This document shows, piece after piece, positions 40,991 to 51,057 of a stretch of 64,000 nt of DNA (position 1 is the stretch's first letter; every line of letters begins with the position of its first letter). The notes below the pieces were generated by a model that searched no databases, had not been told where the DNA came from, and worked only from the letters and a program-made list of their open reading frames with translations. Position numbers and translations under genes: made by a program. The DNA is from Escherichia phage C6: the sequence record MW679410.1; one strand, given 5' to 3'.

Positions 40991-41217
40991 TATTTTTGAA
41001 TTAAGCCCATATAAAATTTAGCGTCTTCCGGGTGCATACCGTCACAATACTCGTCAGCCATAAAGCGGGTAAGGTCTTCAAGAGGACCTTGGACTTCAAT
41101 TTGCATACTGCAGAATTGCGTATCTTTAATATGGGTCATAACTAAAGAAGGATAACGATTACGGATAACTTCGTAAGTGTATTCAAAATCAACGATATCA
41201 ATATTAACCTTAGCCAT
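40990..41217 (-). CDS. hypothetical protein
   Basis: Track ORF 40990..41235; start MAKVNIDIV... after GAGGAAA. Confidence 0.5.
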   Translation of the reverse strand: MAKVNIDIVDFEYTYEVIRNRYPSLVMTHIKDTQFCSMQIEVQGPLEDLTRFMADEYCDGMHPEDAKFYMGLIQK

Positions 41218-41240
41218 TTTATTTTCCTCACTCATTAGTT

Positions 41241-41279
41241 GATAGGTCTATAGTATCATGTTTAAAGCAGATGTAAACA
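41241..41279 (-). promoter_or_regulatory. early-type promoter (GTTTAC-N17-TACTAT-AGACCTATCAAC)
   Basis: Canonical member of the motif family. Confidence 0.55.
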
Positions 41280-41280
41280 C

Positions 41281-41541
41281 TTATTTTTGAATTTTATCGA
41301 GCCATTTACCAAGTTTAATCATTTCTTTGGTAGCTTTTTCCATACTTCTGAATTTAACCAGTAAAGGTTGGGCATCAACACCCATAACTAAAGTGGTTAC
41401 AAGGCTATGTTCACCTACAAGCCATAAGGAATACGTTTGGATATCGAGGCCATAATTTCTGTCTTTATGAACTCGTACACCCATCACTTCAAATTTCTCA
41501 CTGGCTTTTTCTACTGCATCCAGGAAATCATCTTTAGTCAT
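41281..41541 (-). CDS. hypothetical protein
   Basis: Track ORF 41281..41604; start MTKDDFLDAV... Confidence 0.45.
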   Translation of the reverse strand: MTKDDFLDAVEKASEKFEVMGVRVHKDRNYGLDIQTYSLWLVGEHSLVTTLVMGVDAQPLLVKFRSMEKATKEMIKLGKWLDKIQK

Positions 41542-41542
41542 A

Positions 41543-41926
41543 TTAGGCCTTAAAAGTTTTTTGCAAAAGTTCAATGATTTGGTCAACGTTCTGTTCGGTG
41601 ACAATGCAATGGATTTGAGTTACGCCCGCCTTAGTAATGGGTTCGTCAACTTCATCTTGTTCGGCATATTCACGGAAGCAATAGAACTCGTCTTCATGCA
41701 ACTCAAAATAATTTGGCCCTAACCCAACTTCATTATAAATCTCGCCGTTAGCGCATTCGATTTTAGTCACAAATTTGTCGCCATCTATAGTCAACATATC
41801 CTTTACTTCAAACCAACCACCGTTGTCTTGGATAAGGTCGACCATATCGTTATTATTGATAGGGGTGATATTAATAAAAGCTTTGATACACTCAGGGCGA
41901 AGTTCGTATTTTTTACCGATTTCCAT
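41543..41926 (-). CDS. hypothetical protein
   Basis: 127-aa track ORF; early promoter upstream. Confidence 0.5.
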   Translation of the reverse strand: MEIGKKYELRPECIKAFINITPINNNDMVDLIQDNGGWFEVKDMLTIDGDKFVTKIECANGEIYNEVGLGPNYFELHEDEFYCFREYAEQDEVDEPITKAGVTQIHCIVTEQNVDQIIELLQKTFKA

Positions 41927-41944
41927 TTTTATTTCCTCATGTAG

Positions 41945-41984
41945 TTGATAAGTCTATAGTATCATGTTTAAAGGCATTGTAAAC
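41945..41984 (-). promoter_or_regulatory. early-type promoter
   Basis: Motif family member GTTTAC...TACTATAGACTTATCAAC. Confidence 0.5.
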
Positions 41985-42001
41985 CATTAAATGCCAAAAA
42001 G

Positions 42002-42022
42002 GGAAGACCGAAGTCTTCCCAT
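42002..42022 (-). terminator. terminator hairpin gggaagaCCGAAGtcttccc after gene 32
   Basis: Perfect 7-bp stem, T-run on minus strand. Confidence 0.6.
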
Positions 42023-42036
42023 TATAAATCAATAAC

Positions 42037-42942
42037 TTATAGACCAGCTAACAGGTCGTCCAGACCATCGTCATCAGAAGGACTTACTGACGGCTCAGGA
42101 GTAGTGGAACGAGTTGGTGTAGACGGTTTGGAATCATATGCATCAAGGTCTGCACTGAATGCGTCCAGGTCATCACCAATCTTATCAGCGGCTGCAGATG
42201 CGACAGCGGCAGCACCACCAAGAGCAGCTGTACCAACAACTTTCTTAAACTTGGCTTCGTTAGTTTCGAATGATTTGAAATCGAGCAGTTTAGAAAGGTC
42301 ATGCATTTCTTCCATCAATTTAGCTTGGTAAGCTTCATCATTGATGTTAGGAATTTCAGACTGACCCATGAATTTGGAATCGTCGTAGTTCTTGAAGTCG
42401 CCAACTTTCTTAGATTTCAGTACGAAGTTCGCACCATCAAACGGACATGTTACGTCAACCGGCACTTCACCAATATCAGTATCAACTTCAACCATCTGGT
42501 TGATTTTATCCATAATTTTCTGACCGAAACGGAATTTAAACACTTTACCTTCGTTAGCAGGCACTGCACTATCCTTAATAACAAGGATGTTAGCCCAGAA
42601 GGAAGTTTTACGTTTCATCAGTTTGTATTCGGCGTTATTCGTATTAAAGGTGTCATTCTGGTTCATGTATTTACATACAGGGCATGAATCGAAATCACCG
42701 TGAGTAGACGTACAGTTCTCAATATACCATTGACCATTTTTCTTAAAGCCGTGGTTAACGAGCTTAATGAATGGAGATGGATTTTCTTCGTTTTTCGAAG
42801 GTAGGAAACGAATTACCGCAGTACCGACACCATTGTCATCTTTCAATTTCCATTCAGCTTTATCATCGGAAGAGAAAGAAGAACCACCTTTCATTGCAGA
42901 CAGTTGAGCAGCCAGTTGGGAAGGGTCTTTACGTTTAAACAT
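42037..42942 (-). CDS. 32: single-stranded DNA-binding protein gp32
   Basis: 301 aa; ...[33 protein letters not shown]... and acidic C-terminal tail as T4 gp32. Confidence 0.95.
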   Translation of the reverse strand: MFKRKDPSQLAAQLSAMKGGSSFSSDDKAEWKLKDDNGVGTAVIRFLPSKNEENPSPFIKLVNHGFKKNGQWYIENCTSTHGDFDSCPVCKYMNQNDTFNTNNAEYKLMKRKTSFWANILVIKDSAVPANEGKVFKFRFGQKIMDKINQMVEVDTDIGEVPVDVTCPFDGANFVLKSKKVGDFKNYDDSKFMGQSEIPNINDEAYQAKLMEEMHDLSKLLDFKSFETNEAKFKKVVGTAALGGAAAVASAAADKIGDDLDAFSADLDAYDSKPSTPTRSTTPEPSVSPSDDDGLDDLLAGL

Positions 42943-43031
42943 ATTATTTACCTTAGCAGATTTAGCAGTTGTATTTTATTAACAGTTTTTAACAGATTGA
43001 GTTAGTATATTAACACAGTTTATTTGGAGCA
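42943..43031 (-). promoter_or_regulatory. gene 32 5' leader (candidate translational operator)
   Basis: AU-rich leader with repeated CTGTTAA/CTGCTAA-type elements upstream of the gene 32 ATG. Confidence 0.4.
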
Positions 43032-43685
43032 TTAAAACTTACAAGATTTGATAGTTTCAATAAACAATTTACGAGCTTCTAAATTATCAATTATAAGAAT
43101 TTTCTTATAAGCATTTAATTTAGTCGAATACTTGGACCACACTAAATCGTTGGTCTGTTCATCATGTTTATTTATTATATCCATAAATGAATCAAGCAAA
43201 ATAAATGTTTCGAATGAAATAACATTCGATTGAAGGAGCTTAAAAATATAGCTCGAGTTAACTTTTTTATTATAATCAAAAATTTCAGAAAGCGCTTGAA
43301 CTTCCACTTTCTTACTAAAATAATAAATGTTTTTGATATCATCCTCAAAAACTTGTTTTATTCTTTTAAGTCTACCGATATATTCTCGGTAAAAGACTAA
43401 GGCGTCAGCATCACTGATGTCGCCAATCCATGCATCTTGGTTAGCTACCAAGTTACTCATGAAAATAAGAGCAAGCTCTTTCAAAGTGTATTTATCACTC
43501 AATTTCTCAAAGAAATATTTGTCACGTCGTTTTTGGTAAGCCGTATCGGAGATTCGCATGACCCAGTTATATTTTATAACGTCGTATTTGGCATTGAAGT
43601 GATGTTTGAGCATTAAGTATAGTGAATATACGCTCTTACCATTCACCATACGGTTATTGTTTGGTGGCATGCGAATCTTAATCAT
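43032..43685 (-). CDS. 59: helicase loader gp59
   Basis: 217 aa; near-collinear identity to T4 gp59 (MIKIRMP...KYDVIKYNW...). Confidence 0.95.
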   Translation of the reverse strand: MIKIRMPPNNNRMVNGKSVYSLYLMLKHHFNAKYDVIKYNWVMRISDTAYQKRRDKYFFEKLSDKYTLKELALIFMSNLVANQDAWIGDISDADALVFYREYIGRLKRIKQVFEDDIKNIYYFSKKVEVQALSEIFDYNKKVNSSYIFKLLQSNVISFETFILLDSFMDIINKHDEQTNDLVWSKYSTKLNAYKKILIIDNLEARKLFIETIKSCKF

Positions 43686-43984
43686 AACAAGAAATCCAGG
43701 GTATTAGTCTTTTGCGTTCGGGCCATTGAAGGTCGAAGCAAGTTATCATCAATAGCTTCGTTCATAATTTTATCAATAATTCCTGCAGGCAAATAACGAG
43801 CAAAGTTACCTTCAGGGATGCTGTTCTCTTCTAACCATGCGGTAGCCGCTTCGAGGTAACTACAACCTTCAGCTTCAACAAAGGCCTCAATATCAAGGCC
43901 ATTCTGTTGTTTGTTTACCAATACATGGACAGGTTCGGAAGCGGTATTAACCGCTCCATCAAAATCATTCAAAGATTGTGTCAT
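43682..43984 (-). CDS. 33: late transcription accessory protein gp33
   Basis: 100 aa; position between dsbA and 59. Confidence 0.8.
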   Translation of the reverse strand: MTQSLNDFDGAVNTASEPVHVLVNKQQNGLDIEAFVEAEGCSYLEAATAWLEENSIPEGNFARYLPAGIIDKIMNEAIDDNLLRPSMARTQKTNTLDFLL

Positions 43985-44234
43985 ACAGTTCTACCACTTC
44001 AGTTTTTTCGTCTTCGAAACGTTCACGAGTGCCTTTATGGTACAGGGAGAACAATTGGTTAAACATTTTACCGTCTACACCAAGTTCAGTCTTAGCACGG
44101 TCTTTGATATCTTTAATTTCGTCACCATAAGCTTCCATTTTTAATTTAGTATCGGAAGCCGACTTAATCAGTTGTGCCAATGTGTTGCCATGTTCTTCTT
44201 GATTGAATTCAACTTTCACTTTTTCTTTAGCCAT
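43965..44234 (-). CDS. dsbA: dsDNA-binding protein DsbA
   Basis: Track ORF 43965..44243; start MAKEKVKVEF...; about 89 aa. Confidence 0.8.
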   Translation of the reverse strand: MAKEKVKVEFNQEEHGNTLAQLIKSASDTKLKMEAYGDEIKDIKDRAKTELGVDGKMFNQLFSLYHKGTRERFEDEKTEVVELYDTIFE

Positions 44235-44244
44235 TATATTCACC

Positions 44245-45192
44245 TTAATAAAAATCAGCTACTGTAGCGGTTAGTTTAGACAAACCGGATTTAACGAAAT
44301 AAGGATAAACTTTAGATTTCGAAGGTTTGTTATACGTATTATATCTTTCAGTAATTAAAGCAACAATATCATCTGGAATAAAGTCCATATCAATTAAGAT
44401 TTGGTTTTCACAGAAACGTTCATATTGTTCTTCAGTAAGAAGTGTTTTAATTATATCATGGTCATAATAATTAAGAGCAATTGCTTCAAGTTCCTTGGCA
44501 CGAGTGCTAGGAGTACGTTCGCCTTCAACCATTGTCAACCAGTAATCACCGCGAACTTTAATACTCGCGACGTTATCTTTACGGTCGCCTTTAACTACTT
44601 TAGTTACACAATCCAGTAATGAGTCACCAGATTTCGTTTTGACGAATTTTTTCTGCATTGGAGACCATTGTTTTACCCCAGGGAATTTATGGAGTTGAGT
44701 AAAGTCACCGTCCGAAGAACCAATCATTACCGGATGGCCTAAAGCCGTAAGGATTCGGGTTAAAACCGCAATATGGTCATCAGCTTCGATTGTATCGATA
44801 TTCATAACAATATAAGGCATGTTTTGTTCCAGTTCATCAACAATAATATGCATTGCTGTGAATAAACCTTCCCAATCAAATGGTGATTCGTCACGTGCCT
44901 TAGCACGGTTTTTCTTATAATAAGAAGAATAACGACGACGCCAATAGCCGGATTTGGAGTTATCAACACAAATAATCAATTGGTTGTAACCTTGTTTTTT
45001 AAAGTCTTTAATATTTTTCTTAATTGAATTCAACACGAGGTGTCGAAGCATTGCTGTGGTTACTTTAGGAAATCCAGCATTTTCACCAAATTCTTGGAAT
45101 GCTGCAGCCATAATGATTTGGCTAAAGTCTAACAACAAGAATCCATCTTTTTGACGTTCTTCTTCAGGAAGTAAAAAATCTAAATCGTTCAT
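44245..45192 (-). CDS. rnh: RNase H (5'-3' exonuclease)
   Basis: Track ORF to 45225; probable start MNDLDFLL... after GAGG; FEN-family motifs match T4 RNase H. Confidence 0.9.
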   Translation of the reverse strand: MNDLDFLLPEEERQKDGFLLLDFSQIIMAAAFQEFGENAGFPKVTTAMLRHLVLNSIKKNIKDFKKQGYNQLIICVDNSKSGYWRRRYSSYYKKNRAKARDESPFDWEGLFTAMHIIVDELEQNMPYIVMNIDTIEADDHIAVLTRILTALGHPVMIGSSDGDFTQLHKFPGVKQWSPMQKKFVKTKSGDSLLDCVTKVVKGDRKDNVASIKVRGDYWLTMVEGERTPSTRAKELEAIALNYYDHDIIKTLLTEEQYERFCENQILIDMDFIPDDIVALITERYNTYNKPSKSKVYPYFVKSGLSKLTATVADFY

Positions 45193-45259
45193 ATGAACCT
45201 CTGTCCAATTAGTGTAGAGGTTCATTATATCATGACCCTAGAAGAAGTAAACACTTTGC

Positions 45260-45267
45260 TATAAATA
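45260..45267 (+). promoter_or_regulatory. late promoter TATAAATA for gene 34
   Basis: Exact octamer about 33 nt upstream of gene 34 ATG. Confidence 0.6.
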
Positions 45268-45299
45268 GTTCTATACCCTGAAAACGAAAAGGAAATAAA

Positions 45300-48200
45300 A
45301 TGGCTGATATTTTAAAACCTGCATTCCGTGCTACATCCGGACTCGATGCTGCGGGCGAGAAAGTTATCAATGTTGCCAAAGCCGATTACAATGTATTAGA
45401 TGATGGCGTCAACGTTGAATTCTTTATAGATGAGAACACCATCCAGGCGTACGACGAGACGCGCGGATATAAGAATGGGTTTGCAGTAATCCATGACCAA
45501 CGTATCTGGGTTGCTCAACGTGATATCAATGCTCCTGCAGGAACTTTTACTCCCGGCTATTGGACTGCTACCCGTACTGACCCTAAATGGATTACCGTAG
45601 CGTCTCCTACACGCCAGCTGGCTTCCGGTGAATATATTGCGGTGGATTCCGCTGCTAGCTTTACTACATTTACCCTGCCTCCTAACCCTACAGATGGTGA
45701 TACCGTTGTAATTAAAGATATCGGCGGACGAGTGGGTTATAACGAAATCAAGGTCCAATCTAGTTCTGCTCCTGGCGGTGGTAACCAGAAAATTGTTCGT
45801 TTTGGTAATCAGTTCTCTGAAACCCTGATAACTAAGCCTTTTTCTTATAACATGCTTATCTTTGCTAACCGTCTTTGGCATTTCTGGGAAGCAGGTAATG
45901 AAGAACGTGGTATTCGTGTAGAACCGAACATGGCCCAGTTCCAATCACAAGCAGGTGATAACGTTCTCCGTCGTTATACTTCAGGTGCAGTAATTAAGTT
46001 TACTCTTCCTAAGTATGCGAACCAAGGTGATATGATTAAAACCGTTGATATCGATGGTTTAGGAAGTAAGTTCAACTTAATCGTTGAAACGTTTGATGCT
46101 TCATCTGCATTAGGTAAGCCTGGACAGCATAGCATGGAATTCCGTACCTCCGGTGATGGATTCTTTGTTTATAACTCTACCGAAAAATTATGGTATGTTT
46201 GGGACGGTGACCGTCAAACTCGTTTACGTGTAATTCGTGATGATGTTGAGCTCTTGGCTAATGAAAGTGTTATTGTTTTTGGCCCTAATAATACAACGCC
46301 GCAGACGATTAATATCACATTACCCACAAGCGTAGCCCAGGGTGATGTCGTTAAGATTGCTCTGAACTATCTCCGTAAAGCTCAGACGGTAAATATTAAG
46401 GCTTCTGTAGGAGATAAAATAGCTTCTTCGGTTCAATTGCTCCAGTTCCCTAAACGTTCTGAATATCCGCCAGATACTGAATGGGTATTGAATGATGTAT
46501 TGACCTTCAATGGTAACTTAAGTTATACTCCGGTTATTGAACTGAGTTATATCGAAGACCCCACTACAGGTGCTAAATATTGGGTTGTTGCTCAGAACGT
46601 TCCTACTGTAGAACGCGTGGATTCTAAGGATGATTTAACCCGTGCTCGTCTAGGTGTTATTGCTCTGGCGTCACAGACCCAAGCAAACGTCGACCACGAA
46701 AATAATCCTGAAAAAGAACTGGCTATCACACCGCAGACTTTAGCTAATCGTGTAGCTACTGAATCACGTCGTGGTATTGCTCGTATTGCTACAACCGCTC
46801 AGGTAAACCAGAATACCGAATTTGCATTCCAGGACGATTTGATTATTTCTCCTAAGAAATTAAACGAACGTACTGCTACCGAAACTCGTCGTGGTGTCGC
46901 TGAAATTGCTACGCAACAGGAAACTGATGCTGGTGTTGATGATACAACCATTATCACTCCTAAGAAGCTACAGACGCGCCAGGGAACTGAAATCCTGTCC
47001 GGTATAGTAAAATACGTATCCACCACAGGAACCACTCCTGCGACTTCTAGAGCAACTGTAGGTACTAACGTTTATAATAAGAACACAACTACTTTAGTTA
47101 TTTCTCCTAAAGCTTTGGACCAATATAAAGCTAACTATGAGAACCAAGGCGCTGTATATCTTGCTACGCAAGCCGAAGTTAATGCGGGTGCTACTAACCC
47201 TGGTTTTAGTAACTCAGTTGTTACACCTGAAACATTAGGTGCTCGTCGTGCTACTGATACCAATCATGGTTTAATTGAAATTGCTACGCAAGCAGAGACT
47301 GATACTGGAACTGATTATACTCGTGCGGTAACGCCTAAGACGTTAAATGACAGGAATGCTACTCAAACACTTACCGGTATTGCTCGTATTGGTACTCAAG
47401 TAGAATTTGATGCAGGTGTATTAGATAATGTTATTTCAACTCCGTTGAAAGTTAAAACAAGATTTAATGATACTGCTAGAACTTCTGTCTCAGCAGCCAG
47501 CGGTTTGGTTGAATCAGGAACCTTATGGAACCATTATACACTAGATATCCGTGAAGCAAGTAATACTCAACGTGGTACGGCTCGTTTGGCTACCCAAACT
47601 GAAGTTAATACTGGTACCGATGACAAAACAATCATCACTCCACTTAAGCTTCAAGCTAAAAAGGCTACCGAAAACGCTGAAGGTATTATCCAACTCGCTA
47701 CTCAGGCCGAAGTTATTGATGGTACGGTAAGTAATAAAGCGTTTAGTCCAAAGCATTACAAATATATCGTTCAACAGGAAAAATCCTGGGAAGCTACTTC
47801 TGCTCGTAGAGGATATGTTAAATTAACCACAGGTACAGCCACTTGGGAAGGTGATGATACTAATGGTTCTGTTGCTAACCTGGCTAAATTTGAAGATTCC
47901 GGCTTTGCTATTTCCCCTCTTCAAATGAATACAGCATTAACTCACTATCTTCCGATTAAAGGTAAGGCTTTTGACTCTGATAAATTGGACAACCTGGATA
48001 GCTCTCAGTTCGTCAGGAGAGATATTGACCAAATAGTTGAAGGAACATTAACCCTTCGTAAAAACATCAGAGTAGATGGCCAGTTGGCTACAGGCGGTAC
48101 CGGTGAATTTGGTGGTTCTTTAGCTGCTAATAGCACATTTACCCTCCGTAATACAGGAACGGCTACGCGTATAGTATTTGAAAAGGGTCCTCAAACGGGA

Positions 48201-49199
48201 ACTAACCCTGCCCAATCTATGAGTATTCGCGTATGGGGTAACCAATTTGGCGGTGGGTCCGACCAAACCCGTTCTACGGTATTTGAAGTTGGCGATGAAA
48301 CATCTAACCACTTCTATAGCCAGCGTAACAATTTAGGTAACATTACCATGAGTATTAATGGTACTGTCCAACCTATTAATGTTAACGCTTCGGGTACATT
48401 GAACGCTTCCGGTGTTGCTACCTTTGGACGTTCTGTAACAGCCCAAGGTGAATTTATATCTTATAGTTCAAACGCATTTAGAGCAATAAGTGGTAATTAC
48501 GGGTTCTTTATTCGTAATGATAACTCTAATGTTTATTTCATGTTGACTAATTCAGGCGACCAGACTGGCGGCTTTAACGGATTAAGACCATTAGCTATTA
48601 ATAATACATCCGGCCAGGTTACAATTGGCGAAGGGCTTGTTATTGCTAAAGGAGCCACTATTAACTCAGGCGGTTTAACGGTTAATTCAAGAATTCGTTC
48701 ACAAGGTGCTAAACCGGCAGACCTTTATTCTAGAAAACCTGATGCGGATAACACTGGCTTTTGGTCTGTTGACGTTAATGATTCAGCCACATATACCCAG
48801 TTCCCGGGTTATTTTAAAATGGTTGAAAAAATTAACGAAGTAACCGGACTGCCGTATTTGGTTCGTGGTGAAGAAGTTAAATCGCCTGGTACGTTAACTC
48901 AGTTCGGTAATACTCTGAATTCGCTTTACCAAGATTGGATTACCTATCCAAATACTGCAGACGGAAGCACTACTCGTTGGACTCGTACTTGGCAGCAAAA
49001 TAAAAATGCTTGGTCTGGATTTGTTCAGGTATTTGATGGTGGTAACCCACCACAACCATCTGATATCGGTGCATTGCCTTCAGACAACGCTTCAATGAGT
49101 AACTTGACCATTCGTGATTGGTTACGTATTGGTAACGTTCGTATAATTCCGGACCCGGTAACTCGTTCTGTTAAATTCGAATGGATTGATACACCATAA
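45300..49199 (+). CDS. 34: long tail fibre proximal subunit gp34
   Basis: 1299 aa; extensive collinear identity with T4 gp34. Confidence 0.95.
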   Translation: MADILKPAFRATSGLDAAGEKVINVAKADYNVLDDGVNVEFFIDENTIQAYDETRGYKNGFAVIHDQRIWVAQRDINAPAGTFTPGYWTATRTDPKWITVASPTRQLASGEYIAVDSAASFTTFTLPPNPTDGDTVVIKDIGGRVGYNEIKVQSSSAPGGGNQKIVRFGNQFSETLITKPFSYNMLIFANRLWHFWEAGNEERGIRVEPNMAQFQSQAGDNVLRRYTSGAVIKFTLPKYANQGDMIKTVDIDGLGSKFNLIVETFDASSALGKPGQHSMEFRTSGDGFFVYNSTEKLWYVWDGDRQTRLRVIRDDVELLANESVIVFGPNNTTPQTINITLPTSVAQGDVVKIALNYLRKAQTVNIKASVGDKIASSVQLLQFPKRSEYPPDTEWVLNDVLTFNGNLSYTPVIELSYIEDPTTGAKYWVVAQNVPTVERVDSKDDLTRARLGVIALASQTQANVDHENNPEKELAITPQTLANRVATESRRGIARIATTAQVNQNTEFAFQDDLIISPKKLNERTATETRRGVAEIATQQETDAGVDDTTIITPKKLQTRQGTEILSGIVKYVSTTGTTPATSRATVGTNVYNKNTTTLVISPKALDQYKANYENQGAVYLATQAEVNAGATNPGFSNSVVTPETLGARRATDTNHGLIEIATQAETDTGTDYTRAVTPKTLNDRNATQTLTGIARIGTQVEFDAGVLDNVISTPLKVKTRFNDTARTSVSAASGLVESGTLWNHYTLDIREASNTQRGTARLATQTEVNTGTDDKTIITPLKLQAKKATENAEGIIQLATQAEVIDGTVSNKAFSPKHYKYIVQQEKSWEATSARRGYVKLTTGTATWEGDDTNGSVANLAKFEDSGFAISPLQMNTALTHYLPIKGKAFDSDKLDNLDSSQFVRRDIDQIVEGTLTLRKNIRVDGQLATGGTGEFGGSLAANSTFTLRNTGTATRIVFEKGPQTGTNPAQSMSIRVWGNQFGGGSDQTRSTVFEVGDETSNHFYSQRNNLGNITMSINGTVQPINVNASGTLNASGVATFGRSVTAQGEFISYSSNAFRAISGNYGFFIRNDNSNVYFMLTNSGDQTGGFNGLRPLAINNTSGQVTIGEGLVIAKGATINSGGLTVNSRIRSQGAKPADLYSRKPDADNTGFWSVDVNDSATYTQFPGYFKMVEKINEVTGLPYLVRGEEVKSPGTLTQFGNTLNSLYQDWITYPNTADGSTTRWTRTWQQNKNAWSGFVQVFDGGNPPQPSDIGALPSDNASMSNLTIRDWLRIGNVRIIPDPVTRSVKFEWIDTP

Positions 49200-49207
49200 G
49201 AGGTAAT

Positions 49208-50332
49208 ATGGAAAGATTTATGGCTGAATTTGGACAAGATTATGTTCAAATTCCTGTACTATCTGAAAATAATGCCGTTAGTTATAAACTTAGTATAGCA
49301 GGGAGCTGTACTAAGTCCACTAAAAAGGCTTATATCAAATTTCAAGATGAGGACTTCGGTCCTCAGAATTTCCAATCCGGGTTAAATTTGGTTGAAATAG
49401 ACCCGACAAATAACACAATAGTGACTACAAAATCATACGCACTTACTAAAGACCATGATGTTATTTCCCAAGCGTTTATAACTTATATTTCATCTATACC
49501 CGCTGGTAGAATTGTTTGCTTTATTTCTTCCGGTAAATTAAACGCCTCACAGGTATTAATTGATTGGTTTAGAGCTTCTGGCTCTACAGCGTTTCCGGAT
49601 AAATGGCTTATTGATAAAGTGGATACTTCTTATTCAGCTTTTTATGTTTCAGGAAGAAATGCTATTGTAATGGAACATGTGCTTTATAACGATGGTGTTT
49701 TGGTAGAAGACGTTTCCACCCCATTAGAAGTCGTTTATGACAACTTTAATGATGTAGGAGGAACTGGGTTCCCTGTTAGAGTCATTGAAGATGAAAACAC
49801 TTATTATAGCGGAGCTACTCAAGAAATTAAAAGGTTTCCTACCGAATCCACTATAACTCCTTGTGCCGGTTATAATATGGTTCCTGGAGATTTCTTTTAT
49901 CTCAAATTCCAAATGACCTATGACCAGGCTTTAAAAGATTTAGGGACGACTCAGATGTCCATACGATTTTTTAATGGTCAGGAAATGCTTCAATCCACTG
50001 ATATCAATATTCCTGTAGGAGCGGGCTCTCCGCCAGCAGGCGCATGGATGTCTTTTGAGCGCGTAATAGAAGTTCCGCCGAATGCCAATGGGTTTACATT
50101 ATATTGTAGAAAAACTGTCTCAGGAGGAGTAGGAGGTGTTAGGAATGTTATGTTTGGTGAAATAGCTAGACCTGAAGATACTCCTAAATCCGCTGAAATT
50201 GGTGTTAATGGTATTCGTATGAGCTACGGTACTGAAACCCGTTCAATGGATAATGTTATTGCACAATTGAATGACAAATCATCTGGTAACGCAGGTAAGG
50301 TATTTGTTCAAGAATTTAAAGAAAAATATTAA
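49208..50332 (+). CDS. 35: long tail fibre hinge protein gp35
   Basis: 374 aa; synteny 34-35-36-37. Confidence 0.9.
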   Translation: MERFMAEFGQDYVQIPVLSENNAVSYKLSIAGSCTKSTKKAYIKFQDEDFGPQNFQSGLNLVEIDPTNNTIVTTKSYALTKDHDVISQAFITYISSIPAGRIVCFISSGKLNASQVLIDWFRASGSTAFPDKWLIDKVDTSYSAFYVSGRNAIVMEHVLYNDGVLVEDVSTPLEVVYDNFNDVGGTGFPVRVIEDENTYYSGATQEIKRFPTESTITPCAGYNMVPGDFFYLKFQMTYDQALKDLGTTQMSIRFFNGQEMLQSTDINIPVGAGSPPAGAWMSFERVIEVPPNANGFTLYCRKTVSGGVGGVRNVMFGEIARPEDTPKSAEIGVNGIRMSYGTETRSMDNVIAQLNDKSSGNAGKVFVQEFKEKY

Positions 50333-50356
50333 GGGACCATAAGGTCCCTTTTTTGC
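50333..50356 (+). terminator. hairpin gggaccATAAggtccc plus T6
   Basis: Perfect stem followed by TTTTTT after gene 35. Confidence 0.6.
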
Positions 50357-50364
50357 TATAAATA
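50357..50364 (+). promoter_or_regulatory. late promoter TATAAATA for gene 36
   Basis: Exact octamer upstream of gene 36. Confidence 0.6.
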
Positions 50365-50389
50365 CGTTATCTAATAAAGAGGAATAACT

Positions 50390-51049
50390 ATGGCTGATTT
50401 AAAATTAGGCTCAACTGCTGGAGGTTCCGTTATATGGCACCAAGGTAACTTTCCGTTGACGCCCGTAAGCAATGATTTATTTTACAAAACATATAAAGTA
50501 TATACAGAATTTAATAAGCCTCAAGCCGCTGATAACGACTTTGTTTCTAAAGCCGATGGTGGGAATTATTTAGGTACAGTAAACTTTGATAAAGACTTGC
50601 AATTTAAAGATTCTGATGGATACTGGGTTAAATTAGGTAGAAAAACCAATACATCCCCAATGTCATCCACGTATTCTTTCTCATTTAGAATGAGCAAAGG
50701 TATGGGTCTTGAGACATCGGATGGTACACCATTTGTAATTTTCGACCCGACTACTGTTGTAGGTGCAAACCGACTTACTGTAATGGGTGATATCCTTGGT
50801 CGTCAAATTAAAGACGAATCAGGTCGAGTGTTTTCTCCAGGGAATACTCCGACAAAAGCCCAAGTTGGATTAAGCGATGTAGATAACGCAAAACAGGTCC
50901 AAATAAATAATAGTAACATACAATCTATGGCTGGTGTTCTTTCAGCCCCGAATTTCATATCTAGGAACCCAGGTACATTGAACGAACACGTTCCTCGTAT
51001 GGACCAGGTTGTTCTTAGAGGTACATCTGAAGATTTTGGATATTATTAA
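50390..51049 (+). CDS. 36: long tail fibre distal connector gp36
   Basis: 219 aa; [23 protein letters not shown]... matches T4 gp36. Confidence 0.95.
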   Translation: MADLKLGSTAGGSVIWHQGNFPLTPVSNDLFYKTYKVYTEFNKPQAADNDFVSKADGGNYLGTVNFDKDLQFKDSDGYWVKLGRKTNTSPMSSTYSFSFRMSKGMGLETSDGTPFVIFDPTTVVGANRLTVMGDILGRQIKDESGRVFSPGNTPTKAQVGLSDVDNAKQVQINNSNIQSMAGVLSAPNFISRNPGTLNEHVPRMDQVVLRGTSEDFGYY

Positions 51050-51057
51050 GAGGCATT

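Noticed and set aside
45396-45944. 182-aa minus-strand ORF inside gene 34
   Set aside because: Antisense to a well-supported tail-fibre gene with no SD or promoter context.
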